Source: Octopus vulgaris (taxonomy: Eukaryota). From it: a stretch of 64,000 nt of DNA. A program made the translations under genes and the position numbers. Under the pieces are notes generated by a model, which was given only the letters and a program-made list of their open reading frames with translations, had not been told where the DNA came from and did no database searches. Location of the stretch: contig OX597832.1 in the NCBI GenBank assembly GCA_951406725.2, positions 32,426,001 to 32,490,000 on the forward strand, given 5' to 3'. This document shows, piece by piece, positions 13,092-27,700 of this stretch. How positions within the stretch are numbered: the stretch's first letter is position 1; each line of letters opens with the position of its first letter.

Positions 13092-15115
13092 AATATTCCC
13101 AACTCGCACAATGCAGATGATGAATGTGGCATGTGTAATGAATTAGCCATGCGAATACTTCACCATTAGCGGCACTTGAACTCGAAACATAGATTGGAGA
13201 ATCGAGAATGTCTCTATGCTATTTTACAATCGCGAAACCATTGTATTCCAGCTGCTTTAAGAAAACATTCTCTCCTTCAGAAAATAAAGGTGGGAAAATA
13301 TTTTTTAACTTCAACACACAGTTTCACAACATAACTTCAGTTCATTTGCTAAATTAAAATTGATAGAATATTAGTAATTAGGTAGCAATATTATGAAATC
13401 CTTAATGAAGTGTGAAGGGGGCCTCAAATTTGAGAAATTGAAGTTAAGGGTTGAAGTAATTACATGATGCCTATTGACAAATATTTCTATTAGCTTTTGT
13501 GTAATTGGCAAAACTGTAGAGGTCTTCCTACCATTTCTATGCAGCTCGATAAATATTCGCAGCAGAAAATAACAATTCTGGGATTTGCAATAAGTGTAAA
13601 GGCATTCTCAGGTGGCGGTTGTAATCTTCAACATTTTTGTTGTCTTGGAATCTCCTTGTTGGCATTGAACAAAGTTTATGCCAGTTTTCCTAGATGCACC
13701 ATTTTTGTGAATTGTTTAGATAATAGGAAGCTCTTGTTATATCTATCATACTGTGAATAATCTATGAAATAATAAGATTAGCAATGACGATAATGATTCG
13801 TTTATTGCCACGAGGATGGGCGACGTGTGACATTGCATTTAAAGTATTGTGAAAGACCGTTTATGATGAAGTAAAATTGATAATAGATGGACGAACGGTC
13901 GTACAAACATAAAACGAATAGTTTTGCCTCAATGAATGGAACGCCATATGTCATGTGACTTGAGTTCTTCGAATAATGGTGAATCAATCCAAATACTTAT
14001 ACATAATAGCGCCAAGTAAATATATTGCAAGAATATCAATCCCAACCGGCAATAATAAATCTCTAAAAGACTTGGATATGATATGCAAATGGATGGAATA
14101 TCTCGAAATACAGATTTCTTGAATTACGTGGTTGATAACAGAAAACAAACTCTATTATATTTGATGCACTGGGAATGATGATGTAATGTAAAACGTACAC
14201 AATATATATAATACGAATATTTGAACTTATGCATTTACATTCAGCATATAAGAAGGCAACAGCAACATGAATACCACTTGAGATAAACTAGAAAGAAAAT
14301 TTGCAGAATAGCTGGTATCCAAACCTGTAAACATGTACGAACGCACGCACGCACGCACGCACGCATATACACGCGAACAGAGTCAAATGCGATAAAACAC
14401 AAGTTATATAGCTTCACATAAATGGATGCTTCAAACAGAGAAAACTATATTCGTAGTATTAAATATTCACTGAATAAAGATCGCCACAAGCGTATACTGG
14501 AAAATAAAGTTTCAGCCAGTGACTCTATGCTGAGATATACGTATTCATACAGACATGGAAATGTAAATCTCTCTTATATTAATGTGGTCTTCACCAACAA
14601 GAGACGGAATCTCTTTTATTCGATCGATAGGTTCCAGAGAGCGATAATAGTATATCGGTAAGTAATATGAGGGGTCTATAGAAATATAACATTTTTGAAA
14701 TTGATGCGAACATAAGGTGAGGGATTTAGAACAGGAATAAAATCACTGACAAAATTCGGGTATCGTCATATTTATTGAAACAAACTTAAAGGATAAGTTA
14801 AAACACTGGACTTAGATGCATAATGTACGTATGGGAATAACCATTTATTTTTCAAAAGATTAAGGAATAGCTGACACATCTCTACACAACAGAGCGTGTT
14901 GAACATATTTAAATATAATTACACACGGACTTAAAGACGCAACATAACTAACACAGAATGTACAGACACAACACATAAATTATGGCCTTTATTCTTAAGC
15001 TCACATATATAGAGAGACAAAACAGAATAACATAATTTTGCTCTGCAGATGCGTGCGTGTGTATGCATATGTATATATATGGATGTATGCATGTATGTAT
15101 ACATGTGTGTGTATG

Positions 15116-15202
<87 letters not shown>

Positions 15203-15508
15203 TTCGATTTGCTAGGCGAGAGCTTACATACGTTATATAAAATAGCAAAAATATTTACTCCAGATATGAGGTGGACTTTTGCTGTTAGAAATTTCTATTA
15301 TATACAAAAGCTTCGCGTATATAATGCAGAGTACGTTCGGTACAATAACTCAGTGAGTGTTCTTGAACGAAAAGTAAATATAAAAACGCGCATAAGTAAG
15401 AATATTCCAGAATGTTGCACGCAGCCAAAAGAAAAGCGCAGAAGACATCCATCAATTGTTAAATGGAATGACGCAATGCAATTATGAATACAGAAAAAAA
15501 TAATAATA

Positions 15509-15564
<56 letters not shown>

Positions 15565-16630
15565 TGCAAAGAAAACGACAACGAATATAAACAGTGTATG
15601 TAAAGAAATGGCAAATAGGATGAAGACTTCAAATGTATTGAAATAATTTGGTTTCACACTAAATTAAACTCATGCACACATATACACCGACAGAGAAATC
15701 GAAGCGACGACAAACCTCCTTTAGTACTCATGCTCTCAAACACATCTCTATGTCACTCTTTTACTCTCTCTCACTCACTTACTCTCTCTCTCTCTCTCTC
15801 TCTCTGTATACATACTCACACATATATATGCACAAACTTATGTCCTCCAATGCATACGTATATATATGTACACATATATTTATACGTTATATTTTATATG
15901 TATATGAATATATTTACATACATTCGTACATATATACACGCATACCTATGTAGGTATTTATCAATATTTATATAAATATATATGTATATATATATACATG
16001 CATATATATATGTGTTCGTATGAGGGTGTGTGTGTGTGTTTTCTTGTGTGTATGTATATATAATAATACCATTCTTGTCACTAGTTGGCCGTCATGTATC
16101 AGATAATACTCTAGTATTTATTAATAAAAGCAAAATCGCAAGCACCAATAGGAGAGTGCGTTGAACAGACCGAGAAGAATGGAGGGGCGAAAAATGAAAA
16201 TAAAAACCAAATACAGAAACATAAATATATCGGTATACATAAGTATATCATTCTAATTTAATTTGATGGGTATTAATACATTTGATGTATCATACGTACC
16301 ATTTCATGTCTCGTTTCATACGCGTGGATACATAAATAAATCAATTTACTTATACTCTATCAAACCCCATTTGTGAAGCAGAACTATAGAAATATGATGT
16401 AAAAAAATAAAATGAAACGTTGTGATTGACAGTGAGTGGGGTGGATCTCACATTGTTCAGCAACTGTATAATTTTGGAAATATGGCGGTGATGGCGACTG
16501 CTTATTTGCGAACAGTTTTACAGATCTATCATTAACGTCGCATTGAATGTCTGTCACCGGTGCACACTTCTCTACAACGAGACATTTGCAAAATGCTGAC
16601 ATATTTCTCATTAATCATTCTATGTAATCA

Positions 16631-16742
16631 TTCAATAAAAACCGGCTTCAATATGTAACAAATTGATATCCAAATTTAGGTAAAATTTCAATAAAAACCG
16701 GCTTCAATATGTAACAAATTGATATTCAAATTTAGGTAAAAT
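16631..16742 (+). repeat. 56-bp tandem duplication
   Basis: 'ttcaataaaaaccggcttcaatatgtaacaaattgatat(c/t)caaatttaggtaaaat' x2, one mismatch. Confidence 0.95.
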
Positions 16743-16809
16743 TTCGGGTTACAAATATGTAAGTCGATTATTTCAACCCCAGTGTTTCACTGGTACTTAT
16801 GTAATCGAC

Positions 16810-17185
16810 TGCACCTCCGTTTCCAACCTCACCTTTTCAAATGAAACTGGAAATTGTCGATAAGGGTTCCATCAAGAAGGAATGTCTCTGTCCTCATGTC
16901 TTTCAACCTTGCCAACCAGACAACCTCTTTCACCACCGCCACCAGGCAAAGGAAAACTACCTTTTCTGACGATTTAAAGGAAGGCAACATAGCAAGGTTC
17001 ATTATGGACTCGGCAGACAGACTGATCCATCTCACACGCAACAGCCGCTGTTCTCCACCAGTCTGCAATGCTCAGCGCGAGCAGAGCGGTTTCGTCGTTC
17101 TACCCGTTCCACGAACAAGCATATTCCTGCCAGTACAGATAATCACGAGCTTGCAGCACCCACACAGCAGAAGACTGTTGTAGTT
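16810..17185 (-). mobile_element. L1/Tx1-like LINE ORF2 C-terminal fragment (decayed)
   Basis: ACSWNG*NDETALLAL (degenerate CCHC knuckle) followed by FLCLVAVVKEVVWLARLK...LIDNFQFHLKR; a GC-richer island. Confidence 0.5.
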
Positions 17186-17571
17186 ATACTGCCAGACAGA
17201 AATAACAATAGCAGCAATAAATAATGTCAACAGGCACAGTAATGTTAATGGTAATAAGAAAATATAATACGGCAGATGACCATTATAAAAACGAAAAGTG
17301 ATATAAGGACGAATATTTTTATTTTATTATTTTGTAGAATGGTGGAATAGGGGGAAACGAGAAACTTCATTGAGTCTTCGTAGATACATGTGTTCTGTAC
17401 TTAAGGTGAGTTCCACAATGACTCTCTGTAGAGTAAAGAGTACCGATAAGAAGTTGATAGCAATTGTAAAAAGTTTATTTATGTTAAATGGACATCACGT
17501 TTTGGGACAGATTCTAGAGCTGTCCATCATAATCTCTCCAGTTTCATACTTCTTAAAAAATATTCATGTAA

Positions 17572-17960
17572 GCGCAGGCGTGGCTATGTGGTAAGCAGAT
17601 TGCTTCCCAACCACATGCTTCCGGGTTCAGTCCCACTGCATGGCAGCGCGAGCAAGTGTCTTTTAATACAGCCACAAAGCCTTGTGAGTGGATTTGGTAG
17701 ACGGAAACCGAAAGAATTCCGTCGTGTATATATATATACATATTTATGTGTGCGGCTTTGTGTCTGTGTTTCTCCCTCCCCGCCGTTGCTTGACGACCGA
17801 TGTTGGTGCCCGTTATTGTGCCCGTTACCTAGCGGTTTGCCAAAAGAGACCAATAGAGTAAGTACCAAGATTACAAAAAAGATATCCTGGGGTCGATTTG
17901 TTCCATTAACATGCAATGCCCCAGTATGGGCTGGAATCATACCACTGAAACAAATAAAAT
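17572..17960 (+). mobile_element. Same CORE-like SINE, near full-length
   Basis: Colinear with 41502-41930. Confidence 0.85.
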
Positions 17961-18107
17961 AAATCAAAATGTGTATATTAGTTTGTTTTTGTATGTTTGT
18001 TTATTATTCATGGAATCAAAAGAAGGAATAGAATACACGAATGACTCTGAAGTTTGATCTGGAAAATAGCTGTGTATATGACTGGTACATTCAAAATAGT
18101 CGATCCG

Positions 18108-18143
<36 letters not shown>

Positions 18144-21100
18144 GTATATATGTATGAATGCATGTATGAATGTATGTATGTATGTATGTATGTATGTATG
18201 TATGTGTGTATCTATCTATCGATCTATCTCTGTATCTTTTTATCTGTATGCATACATATATGCACACACACGGAAACACAACACACACACATATGTATAT
18301 AAATACATTATATTCGTGGCTAATTCGCAATTTTACAATCTAAAGGTAGAAATATATGACGTCACTAAAGTGACAAAGAGCAGCAATCAGCTCCAGTATT
18401 GCTAGAAATAAGAGTCAAAACAAGCAACTCAGTGGTCATGTAAAGGACCATCTTAATGACTCACAAAGGAAGCAAGGGAGCAAGCTCCCTACAGCATATA
18501 TGCATATATATACATAAGTATTCTGCAGAGACACTAACTTTTTTTTTACCCAATGAATGGGGTCGATGAAAGCCCTGATATATCGTAAGGGGTAGGAAAT
18601 TTTGCAGTGATTGTGTTGTAGACGCAATCCATTACTCGGTTGAATACCTCAAACTGGCCTTGGCTGTTGCAAGCATTTAATGGAGATCTCGCTCCTCTTT
18701 TTCTTCATCTCACTAACTCATTAGGTTTCTTTTGCTAATATTGACACCTACTGGTCTACACCAAATGAACCCTTCCCCACTAGGTTCACTGAAAGAGCCC
18801 ACTGCATTTAAGGGTGTTTCCCCCTTATACACACACACGCATTTCATATAAGTTAAACGGCGATGTAGCAAACGTATTGCCGTTTATATTTTATCCTTAC
18901 TAGCTCAATGAATTTCCATTTCAAGATCGATACTTTGAGAATTTTAAACGGAGAATGGTGTTGGAATTTATAAAATATAATTGAAAGGAATGTTGCTGAA
19001 CATTCTACACAATTTAAATAATCAAAACGGAGAATTCTTTGACAGCTACCTTACACTTACAGATTTAATAAAATTCCGTCTAAAGTCGACAATTGTGGAT
19101 TCTAAACACAGAATGGTCTCCATTTCAATATGCAAAATAATCAAACAAATATAACTAAAAGTTCCACAGATACTTTCAATAATTAAACTGGCTAAGAATT
19201 GGAAACTCTCCGCCATTAAAATATTTCTTTATTCTGTGTAATATAATTGAGATAAATGGAAGATTGAAGAGAGAATAAGGAGTGATGGATTGTACGGATT
19301 CTTTCAATGTAATTCAATGCAGTTTAAACAAATAAATCATTACAGTTAATTACTCCATGTAGTTAGTTAAGAGGCGATGTGCAGTAGCATATTACAGTTT
19401 TTTCGTAACTGTTATTTATAATCGATATATTTGCTGTAATAAAGATTAGTAGGAAGCTGTATAATTCACTGACTTATATACTGAAGCCAATGAATGCCTT
19501 TTAACATTGTAGTCTAATGGTTAATGTCTATTAGTTTACAACTCGGTAAAACTATTGAAAGTGTAGTGTTGGCCTCACTTTCAATCAATGTGTTGAGAAA
19601 GACACGCGAGCTGAAGTGTTCTGAAAGTCAACATTCCATCTATTTCCTTATGCAAGGTGTTTTCATATAACTTACATACGAGATTTAGCTGCTATTTTTA
19701 ATCAGAGTGACGTGACAACTGTGTCTTCCTCGTTGCCTCTTAAAGGATATATATACCATTAAACGTGCTAGTTGTTAAATATATTCAAAAAGAGGAATGG
19801 ACATGAAAGATAAACTGCATTTGCAAAATACAGCCATTGCTCTAAACCTAGTAAGAAAGTCTCTTTCGTAGCTAAAAGGATTCGGGTTCCATCCAAACGC
19901 GTAGCACATTGAGCAAATGGTATTCCAAAACCCTCGGGTTTTCAACTGACTTTCAACGTTTCAGTGAATTTGGATAAATGGAAAGTGTTCCGTCAGCAGC
20001 TACCGTGTGAATTGTAATCGATAAAAAACATACTATATTGTCACACGGATTGTAACTCGCTAGTGCTGCCTGACTAATTCTTAACATTCCGAGTTCAAAA
20101 CTCAGCATAACCAATTGTTCCATATATTTATTTATTTATTTATTGGTGTCGGTGAAATAAATCAAATTGACGAATATCTTCCTACCTATCTTACTGGCTC
20201 TGAGCTTCTATTCAAAATAGTTCATTTTTAGGATTCATTCCTGTAAATCGAGCTTTTTTAAATACCAGAAAACAATTCTATCTGCGATTAAACGTATACG
20301 AAAACGGCGTAACATTCAGTGCTGGCTCTGCATTCTATAGAAAATATGTAGCGGTAAATTAAGAAATGAGAACATTGCACTGCTAACACAAGAGAAATGC
20401 ACATTATATTCTAGTAACCTATCAGATATATTTGGTGGAATATTATGGTTGGAAGATAGAATACGTACGAGCTGCCATGAATAAGTTTAATAAGATCACT
20501 GGTTTCTCAGCTAGTGTTACACGGTGACACTCAGTGGGTGTTTAACGAAGACATTCGTGGAGAGCGAGGGAAACCTATATATACACATATCATTTATTTT
20601 TCTTTCTTCTCTCACATTTTTTACATAAACGTACTTGTTTCAGGGCTAGCTTTGAACTGTATAGAAAAATTAATACGATACATCAGTGAGTCTCACTTAA
20701 ACAGTTTCAATTTATGATGCAGGGAACATCAAATGCAATACTACCGCATATTTTGCAGCAATACCTTCGAGAATATATCTCAATTTTAAACTTTTTTGCA
20801 AAAATCTATACAAAAAGCATTACTTACTGTATTAATTTTACGAGTCTTTGACGAAATTATGGATAACCCCATTTTCAAGACACTGATGCATTTTATAAAT
20901 TTTCTAAAGCCTTAATTTTATTGTAAAAAGATCTCTGGCACATCAAGGTACCCATTGTGACGCCACTTTAATGAACTATTGATTTAAAGAGAGAGTAATA
21001 ATTAAGATTGTAAGGCAAAACAACAATAAATTGATTTTTGCTTATTCAGTCATAAAGATTCAGTTAATGGTTTTTAGGAAATATTAAGATCAGATATTTA

Positions 21101-21449
21101 TGCGTTTACACAGAGGTAAAAGTGAAATTTTGATTTTCGTGAGAAACCATTATTCACAAACGAGCGAAGATTGTAAGATTGAATCGCAAACCATTATGCA
21201 AACCATCAACAACATCGAGCAACAAGGTTTTTTTTCGTTTTTATATTCAAGTTATATATTATATTTCATGAGAAATAGCGTTATGTGAACAAGTCGGCAG
21301 CCAAATATTCTCCGATTCCGGATCGATCCGATGTCATGCTCCTTTGGAAAGCTTATTCCATTGTAAGCGTGAAGTGGTTCAAAGGTTATGCACAGAATTT
21401 AAATGGATGGAAATATCATCATGTAATGCATATATACATAAAAATGTGA

Positions 21450-21495
<46 letters not shown>

Positions 21496-22389
21496 GCGTG
21501 TGTATGTAAATGGATGAATGACCATGGGATTACACCTAGAAGTCTTTCAACTTTGATATCACTCTGTCTTGGCAGCACCAAAGCAGGAACCTTCAGCGAA
21601 TAGCTAAAGAATGTATACAAGGACAAAAACAAACAAGATAAGCTAAAACAATATAAGAATTGTACGTATATAACAAGAAAAAGTAATACAAATGCAACAG
21701 AAAAATCCCTTTCGGCTATACAATAGAAAAATAATAATAATTCATATACATCATACACAGCAGAACTAGGCCTTTCAACTATGAAACGGATGTAGTGAGG
21801 TAACGCTAACGAGAAATGGAAAAGTCCAAAGGGACGGAGCGAGAAACCCACACAAACGTGGCCAGTCTGGTCAAAGCCAGAAGAAAAATGAATGACACCA
21901 CCTTAGGTGGATACCAGTTAAGTTGTGGTAGGAGGGAAGAGAGATGAAGAGTTGTAGAGTGCAGAAGGACTGAAGAAAAAGAAGAGAATAACAGAAAGAG
22001 AAACAAAGATACAGGGAGAGAACAATGGTAAAGGGAGGCAAGGAAGGGAAAGTGATAGTATAAAAGTCGCACAATAAATATTAAAAGAAAATTTTCAAAA
22101 TTAAGTAAACAAACAGGGAGTGCGTTCCGTTATATAGATAAATCAAAGATCGAATAGAAAGAAAACAACAAGAGGAACATTTGGCGAAAACATAACAAAA
22201 GTAAAATTAGTCAAAACCATAATACACGGAAAATTCGCAACTGATTCCTCAACAGTCAATGCCCAATACATCCTAATGGTTTCGCACTTTTAACATTGAT
22301 ACAACTGCGTATTGGCAGCGCCAGAGCAGGAAGGTTCTGGGAATAGCTAACGAATGTATACAAAGAATAGTCCTAACATAAAAGGAAGC

Positions 22390-22438
<49 letters not shown>

Positions 22439-22659
22439 CGAGAGAGCGATTTCCTTGAGATGTGTTCTGTTTCGAAATACAGGTACTCTCATATAAATCT
22501 CATTGACAGAAATGCAATGAACCAGGAGTTGGTATATTGGTATCCAGAACCGAAACAAAATTGCTATTCCTTACCAACTGGGAGAAGACAGAATTCTTAA
22601 GATTAAGTTTTGGACAGAAATTTATTTCTGTAACTAGAAGTCACCAAACTTTTCGAAAT

Positions 22660-23085
22660 GGTATCGAACCAAGAAGATTGCTTCCCAACCAAATTGTCCT
22701 GGGTTTAATTCTACTGCATGGCACATTCGGCAAGTGACTTTTAGTATAGACTCGGCCAACGAAATATTTCTGAGTGGAATGGGTAGACGAACCTGAAAGA
22801 ACCACTTTGTTTACCTATATGTATGCATATATAGATATAATTATGGTTGTGTGTGTGTGTGTGTGCATGTATACAGGTATGTTTCATTGCGTCTGTGTTT
22901 GTCACTCACGACCGTTTGAGAGTATTGCTCTGTTCAACTCCTTGTAACTTAGCAGTTCGGAAAAAGAACCCTATGGAATAAGTAACAGGCTTAAAAAATA
23001 AGAACTGCGGATCAATAAAAATTCTTCAAGGCAGTGCCACAGCATGGCCGCCGCCTAGTGACTGAAACATGCAAAAGATAAAAAA
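22660..23085 (+). mobile_element. Same CORE-like SINE, older copy
   Basis: 'ttgcttcccaacc...ggcaagtg...aacttagcagttcgg...ggcagtgccacagcatggccg...tgactgaaac'. Confidence 0.75.
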
Positions 23086-23354
23086 AAGTCTAATCAAGAT
23101 ATATATTTTTAAAGAGAAAACAAGTCTCAAAATTTATTTCGGGAATAAATTTCTGACGATGGAGTCAAAACGACGCAGATATTTTGAGAAATACTATTTC
23201 AACTAATTTGTATATTATTATTTAATGAAGCAAAAGTCTAAAAAATTATTTTCCCTTCAAATTTATTTTTGCAGCTACAATATCCATATTTCTGTTATAG
23301 AGTGGAATGGGAACATTTAGCACTAATATGATAGGTCGTCGAAGAATAGATATT

Positions 23355-23495
23355 CGCGTAGATGCGTGGTAAAAGTTAGCTTCCGAATCACATGCATTTG
23401 GGTTCAGTCCCACTGCCTGGCACGTTGGACGGGCGTCTTTTACTATAGCCTTTGGCTGGCCAAAGCCTAGTGAGTGGATCTGCTAGACGGAGTGG
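23355..23495 (+). mobile_element. CORE-like SINE 5' half
   Basis: 'gggttcagtcccactgcctggcac...tactatagcc...caaagcctagtgagtggat'. Confidence 0.68.
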
Positions 23496-23639
23496 TGTGT
23501 GTCCATATATGCATACACACACACACACATACACACGCACGGAGAGACTCACACGCACACAATATATATATAGCTGAAATTTACAGAAAAAAAGGCGAAG
23601 ACAGGTGTATTAGTCTACCGCCCTGGAAGGTGAGAAAGT

Positions 23640-23675
23640 CTTTTACGTTTCGAGCCTAGGCTCTTCAACAGAAAG
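23640..23675 (-). ncRNA. Minimal hammerhead-like motif, family A (one core substitution)
   Basis: Minus strand: CUUU-CUGUUGA-A-GAGC-CUAG-GCUC-GAAA-CG-UA-AAAG. Stems I and II are perfect; the core has A6>U. Confidence 0.6.
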
Positions 23676-24054
23676 GAACACGAGGTAATAAACAGAGTGA
23701 AAATAATAAAATAAAGATTCATTCCTGGAAATCGAGCTTTTTTTAACACCAGAAAACAATTCTATCTGCGATTAAACGTATACGAAACGTCGTAACATTC
23801 AGTGCCGGCTCCTGGATAAAACGCCCCTCCTTCTCTAATATTGACCACACGTCTTTATAACGGTGAATCCAGTTGTGTTTCCACTAAACCTCATGCCATC
23901 ACCAACTAAAATGGCCGCCTATGGAATCATTAATATGAAACAATGCATAACAAGAAACAAACTTCTACGGAATTGTTCGACCTGTTGGAAAAAGTAGGGA
24001 AGGGATTCGCATATTCGTATCTTATCGTTTCAAGATGATAAGAATTCATATTTC

Positions 24055-24228
24055 AAATTGTTGCTACAAGGGCAGCTTGAGGGAGAGGGATGAGTCCGTT
24101 AGATGAGCCCCAGTGTTCAAGTGCTACTTATTTCATCGACCCCGGCCTCGGCGGAATTTGAACTCAGAATATAGCGACGTGCGGACTATCGCTAAGCATT
24201 TCTTCCAGTGTGCTAAAGATTCTGTCGA
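24055..24228 (-). mobile_element. Nin/Deu-like SINE copy
   Basis: 'tttcatcgacccc..cctcggcggaatttgaactcagaa...cgctaagcatttc'. Confidence 0.7.
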
Positions 24229-25529
24229 AGTATAGGAAGGAAAATAACGGACATATATTCCAGACTCGAGTATGGCTGTTTTGGGGCGTAAGACAACAAC
24301 AACAACAGCAACAATAACCAGCAACAACTGGTAGTAAAGTAGAAGTGTTGCAACAGCTTCGAATAACATACGTCATGTTAGTTGTTTCAATACGTGTCGC
24401 GCTAGGTTCAAATGCCGTTGAAGTCAACTTTAACTTTTATCCTTCACGGGTACCAATACCGGATAATGGATTCTTGGGCCTCTAAGAATATTCAGCCAAA
24501 TTCCTTTAAGAATTTATTTGTGCTCCTGGTGTCCTTTGTTCAAATACTCGCACGTCCTATATAGTTGATGTACATGAAATGTCTTCTCATTTAACATCCT
24601 CATCTGGGAAATTGGGCGCCTTTAACATGATCCACTCTGATGTAAAGATGCATGATCCCTGACATTCCAATGACTAAAAGATAGCAGAAAAAATGTACAT
24701 AAACAATACAACCAGAAAAGCAAAAACAGCTTTAAGGAAACTTACAGATTAACTGATACGAATAGGACCTAAATAATCCTTTAGCCTCATCACGCTGTCT
24801 AAAAAGAAATAGCTTTATCAAAATGGAGTTGAAAGAGTATTAGATGCATAATATTTAGGTATAAAATGGACGGTCATTGCAGGAGCAGTTTCGAATAGAG
24901 ATCAGAACGAAATGGGGTTAGCAAAGCTTCAGACGACTGCAATATCAGCAGCAGCAACAGCCGTTGAAGAATTTTGACCTGGAGATCTCCATTTCCTGCG
25001 ACTTCGAGAGCCACCGCACACTGGTGTCGGGCATCAACGACGAGCCCTCGACTACAACAAAACGACCAAAGTTATTTTTCCCAAGGTCTGGGGTCTCCCG
25101 CCCTTAAGCCCTAGACAATCACCTAATCACCCTTACCCGTCTTGTTGCTTAACAAAAAAAACAAAACAACAGCAGCAACAATTTCAAAGGAAGCAGCCAC
25201 CATAATATAAGGGTGCATGTTGATGTTTTTGAATTACAGAATAAGGCGGTTGGTGAGAAGGATAGTTTTGGAACATTTCTGATGGGTGGACAACAAGGCA
25301 TCTAAAGGGACGCAGGAACTGAGGAGGGTCAGCAACCATCAAATGTATTCACTGTGAGATGGAGCTCAACGATCGTAGTGAAAACAATACAGTTAGAAGA
25401 AAATCTGAAGAAAACAAGATATTCAGCGAGGAATTACAACTATTTTGCACATGAATACTATCTTATATATATGTGTATGTGTCTTTGTCTGTCTGTGTGT
25501 CTGTGTTTTGTATGTGCATGTGTGTGTGC

Positions 25530-25598
<69 letters not shown>

Positions 25599-25621
25599 CA
25601 TTATATATATTGAGAGAGAGG

Positions 25622-25697
<76 letters not shown>

Positions 25698-26098
25698 TAT
25701 ATATATATATATATGTGTGTGTATGTATGTGTGTATGTGTGTGTGTGTACATATATATATATATATGTATGGAGAGTGATAATATTCGATAAATTGATAT
25801 ACGCATATAGCTAATATGCTTATGTACTCTGGCGTACATATTCATATATAGAGATATATACACACACATACACACAAATACACACACATACGCACACACA
25901 CACACACACATATACATATATATATATAACTAATAAATGAATTATAATAAATAAATGAACAAAATTAAAAAGTCCATTTCCTGTTAAGACATAAATATAA
26001 GAGTTATTTAATTTTGGAGTGAAATACTAGAAAAATAGCTACGTTTCGATACAATAAACAACACATTTTTATTACTTTCTCTTTTAGTATTTTCTCAT

Positions 26099-26135
<37 letters not shown>

Positions 26136-26689
26136 CAACACGATAAGGAATATATGAAAATGGCAGGAAAAACAAAAAGGAAAAACCAACGACAATCTGA
26201 CGTTTTCAAAGTGTATTACTTTTCTGCTTTGCCACGAAATCATAAAACATAATTGACTTTGACATTTGGTTCAGAATAAAACCAGCGACCAACAATCACA
26301 ATATTTTCAGGGTGGGATGGCGCTGGTGCACGTAGGTGTCGACTTTACTGAAATGTCTTGTAATAATTTTCATTGGCATCAACAAAGTATTGTTATGAAA
26401 GTCGGTAGAGTATCGCTCAGTGTATCTAAATATAATTTTCCTTGTTTCTTTTCTAATTTGGAATCCTGTCACAGGTTAGCATGGTCTCGCTCTTTTCCGA
26501 GTTGGGAGGGCATTGACCCGACGTACCCATCACAAAGTGGGGGTGAATGTGTACTTTCAGTTTGATCGATTATATCTTTATCGAAAATACAGTCTCGGAC
26601 TACGTTAGAAATCAATATGTTCTATTTCAAATATCACCCAGACATGATCGTTCAACAGGCAACGACACTACCACCCAAACGCATACTTG

Positions 26690-26755
<66 letters not shown>

Positions 26756-27304
26756 CACGCACACACAGTTTCAAGGACAAGAAGATAAAAACAGGAAAAC
26801 AAAAGTCAGTTGGAAGTACTCAGTGCATATTTTATATAAGAATAAAAATATGTTTCGAGCATAGCACATAATCGGATACGGAAGGAAAAGAAGAAGGAAT
26901 GAACGGTCTGGAGGAAGAGAACTGTGTCATTAGATGTCAGAAAAATATAACAAAAAGGTATTTTTGCTTAATGTAACGTACATGTGTGAAATTTGAGTGG
27001 TGACCACCGTTGTTGCTGCAGTCGCCATCTGTGTTTGTTTTCAGTTTCAGAGCCAGAGAGAAATAGGGATTGGTAAAAAATATGACGATCGAGAGAAACT
27101 TCCCTCAAGGGGAGAGAATCACTGAGAGAAAGATCTTTCTTTTAATTATATACTTATTTCTTTATGCAAGTACATGTTTTTCAGAAAAAAACCGCAAATA
27201 AAAGAGCCAGCTATGTGACAAACTCAGTTGATTTCCTCACTAGCTTCCATGAAGTTTACACGTCTCTGTATACTGCTGCCTGGTTGTAGTTATGTATGTA
27301 AGTA

Positions 27305-27340
<36 letters not shown>

Positions 27341-27350
27341 TGTATGTATG

Positions 27351-27381
<31 letters not shown>

Positions 27382-27552
27382 AAAGGTATAAAGGTATGTA
27401 TGTATGCATGGATATACTAGCGTTTGCTATTCTCGTTTCCATATATATCTAAGATCCGCGTGTACACACCCCACCGTGCACCTCTAATTTGTAAAGGGGA
27501 AAATTCACCAAAAAAGCAATTCTTATTTATTTTTGTAAATATTGATATATAT

Positions 27553-27700
27553 AGGCTGTGGCGTGGCTATGTGGTAACAAGTTTGCTTTCCAACCATGCT
27601 GTGGCACCTTGCGCAAGTTTCTCCTTCTAAAGCCTTAGAATAACCAAATCCTGACGAGTGGATTTGGTAGACGGAAACTGAATGAACCGCGTCGTAAACA
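27553..27700 (+). mobile_element. CORE-like SINE 5' half
   Basis: 'ggcgtggctatgtggtaacaagtttgctttccaacc...gagtggatttggtagacggaaactgaa'. Confidence 0.72.

Larger units (their letters stand above)
20232..23811 (+). repeat. ~96-bp dispersed direct repeat (20232-20328 and 23716-23811)
   Basis: 'gattcattcctg.aaatcgagctttttt..a.accagaaaacaattctatctgcgattaaacgtatacgaaa..cgtaacattcagtgc.ggctc'. Confidence 0.9.

Noticed and set aside
13497-13990. Non-repetitive stretch with short ORFs on both strands
   Set aside because: No recognisable domain, stops in the alternative frames, and no convincing splice-site pair.
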